A program made the position numbers and the translations under genes. From Octopus sinensis (Eukaryota), in NCBI RefSeq assembly GCF_006345805.1, contig NW_021828580.1:1-8031 (forward strand): a stretch of 8,031 nucleotides of DNA. Reading direction: 5' to 3'. The notes under the pieces are model-generated. The model was not told the DNA's origin and searched no databases. It was given only the letters and a program-made list of their open reading frames with translations. Shown piece after piece: positions 6,158 through 8,031 of this stretch. Position 1 is the stretch's first letter; the number at the start of each line of letters is the position of its first letter.

Positions 6158-6538
6158 AGGGAACATGAGTATGTTGGTAGAGTCTTCTGAATGAGGACAT
6201 CAAGAGTTCACATCATGGATTTCTAAAAATCCATGTTAATCCATACACCTGCAATATTACTGGAGCTATATACATCGTTATGGCACCAGTTTTTGTTTAT
6301 TCGAAACAGCTGTAAAGTTAGGGAATTGATTACACGCCCTGCACTTTTGTTTATGTGTGGGAGAGGGAGTGTGTGGGTGTGGCTTTGGACTGATTGATCA
6401 CCCTCTTTATTCTCCTAATCTGACCCTATTTGCCTATTATTTGTTCTTCAACTTGAAAAAAAAACCCCACATGGGTAGGAGCCGGCATCGCAGTGATGAT
6501 GAAGGAAGTCATATCTGTTGTTGATGACTTTTTTGAAT

Positions 6539-6720
6539 AACAGGATGTAAGCTATTGGGGTATCGTAAGTTGATGCCAAGATTGAAATACCTAAGGGAAA
6601 AAAAAGAGGAGTACCTACTGAACATTTTCAATCAAATTTGGATCATTATTGTTGGAAAATGCTCAGGAAATACGATGACCTGTTCACGGCTTTTTAAAAT
6701 GATATCAGATCAGTTTACAA
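6539..6720 (+). pseudogene. Decayed Merlin (IS1595/ISXO2-like) DDE transposase, C-terminal part
   Basis: Frame starting at 6605 reads RGVPTEHFQSNLDHYCWKMLRKYDDLFTAF*NDIRSVY. Upstream, in shifted frames, SYWG (6550-6561) and MPRLKYLREK. This fits the N-x-I-E-S-x-W...RG...L-x-x-Y-L-D-x-x-x-W-R...D-L-F pattern of this family. One stop (TAA at 6695) and at least two frameshifts. Confidence 0.7.
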
Positions 6721-7246
6721 ACATCGAAATCAATATCTGATGATTTTTTAAAATTTTGTATAATAAGGGTTTTAAGATTTAAGGTGTTTAATGAGTTTTA
6801 ATAAATTTTACACTACAAATTGTTTATTGTGTTCCTTTCCTTTGGTAGAATGAATGTCTAATGATTTTTAACATATTTCATACCACCAACAGTTACTATA
6901 TATCATACTATAGTATAAAAAAATTAATAGTAGATATACTATAGTAGAAAATGGATGGTAGATATCATACTATAGAAGCACTGGTACGCTACAGGTTACA
7001 TATATTATATCACACTTTGAAACTGTGTGGACTGAGATCCCTGTTGACAGGCCCTTGCTATTTAAAAATAAAGTGTTAACATTTGCATTATGCAAATTAT
7101 TAGCTTCGGTTTTCTATATCTACTGTAACCGTTAAGTACATAAACCGACTGGCTGCTCGTTTCTCTGGAATTGGTGAAACAGATGTAGAGACTTCTGATG
7201 AGAATTCAATAAAAGTCGAAAATCGATCACTATTTTTTTTTATTCA

Positions 7247-7457
7247 TTTACTTATTTCAGTTACTTGACTACGGCTATCCTGGAATATTGCCTTGAAGGG
7301 TTTTAGCCGAACAAATCGGCTTCAAGGATATTTTTAAAAGCCTAGTACTTTTTTATCGGTCATTTTGCCGAACCGGTAAGTTACGGAGACATAAACACAC
7401 CAATACCGATTGTCAAGCGGTAATGGAGGAGTGAGGCAAAAACAGACACAATCACGC

Positions 7458-7506
<49 letters not shown>

Positions 7507-7679
7507 ACACACACACTCTCTCTCACACACACACAGCTTGTTTCAGTTTTTGTCTATCAAATCCACTCACAAGGTTTTGGTCGGCCTGAGGCTGGAAGAA
7601 GACACTTGTCCAAGGTGCCACGCAGTGGGACTGAACCCAGAGCCCTGTGGCTGGGAAGCAAGCGTCTTACCTGACAGCC
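7247..7679 (-). mobile_element. Family C CORE-type SINE, older copy with intact B box
   Basis: Minus strand GGTAAGACGCTTGCTTCCCAGCCACAGGGCTCTGGGTTCAGTCCCACTGCGTGGCACCTTGGACAAGTGTCTT. B box at plus 7627-7637. Body collinear with 4769-5173. Confidence 0.88.
7455..7534. repeat. (AC)n microsatellite inside the family C SINE
   Basis: Directly visible, with a short (TC)n interruption. Confidence 0.97.
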
Positions 7680-8031
7680 TTTTTTTTTATTTAATCAACG
7701 GACAAACCGCTTAATTATCCCTGTTTATAAAGATACTATATAGGTTACATATATATATATATATAGAAGCATATCTATTTATCTGTCTGTCTGTTTGTCG
7801 CCGTGTGTTGTCAAAATAAAACAGATTTTAAATTTCCTTTTTAATATTATTATTCAAAAATTTTCGTTAAAATGAGATAAAAGAAATTAAAAAAAAAAAG
7901 AAACAAATATGATTTTATTTTAAGAATATCGAAAAAAAAAAACAGAGATGAAATAAAATTGAGGAAATAAAAATGGGGGAAATGTCGAATTTTGAAATGT
8001 TAACAAGAGATTAAAGGATAAAATAATATAA

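Noticed and set aside
6258-6318. Half hammerhead GAAACAGCTGTA (6303-6314) with palindromic stem III
   Set aside because: No CTGANGA upstream (only CTGGAG) and no stem I or II pairing.
7029-7054. Possible right TIR of the Merlin element (GC-richer segment ending GACAGGCCC)
   Set aside because: No matching left TIR or TSD found in the window.
7190-7232. Second hammerhead candidate CTGATGAG...GTCGAAAATCGATC
   Set aside because: The core box is canonical, but stem II has a mismatch, there is an extra A after GAAA and no stem I partner after the putative cleavage site. At most a decayed relic.

Overview
Non-coding, AT-rich eukaryotic DNA made almost entirely of interspersed repeats and microsatellites. 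The SINE repertoire looks, from recognition only and not from a search, like an octopus/coleoid cephalopod genome. No intact host gene is supported: the listed ORFs fall in microsatellites, SINEs or transposon debris. Contents: (1) seven copies of one tRNA-derived SINE family (here 'family A') in 1-1650; (2) three copies of a CORE-type SINE ('family C'), one split by a non-autonomous hAT-like DNA transposon that itself holds a Penelope-like insert with a minimal hammerhead-ribozyme-like fold; (3) two copies of a third tRNA-SINE ('family B') with target-site duplications; (4) an unclassified element with a 139-bp direct repeat, an inverted arm and a 16-unit heat-shock-element-like nGAAn array (4366-4442); (5) a decayed Merlin/IS1595-type transposase C-terminus. 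The best leads are the repeat-borne HSE array, the variant hammerhead, and a two-hairpin module shared by two SINE families.
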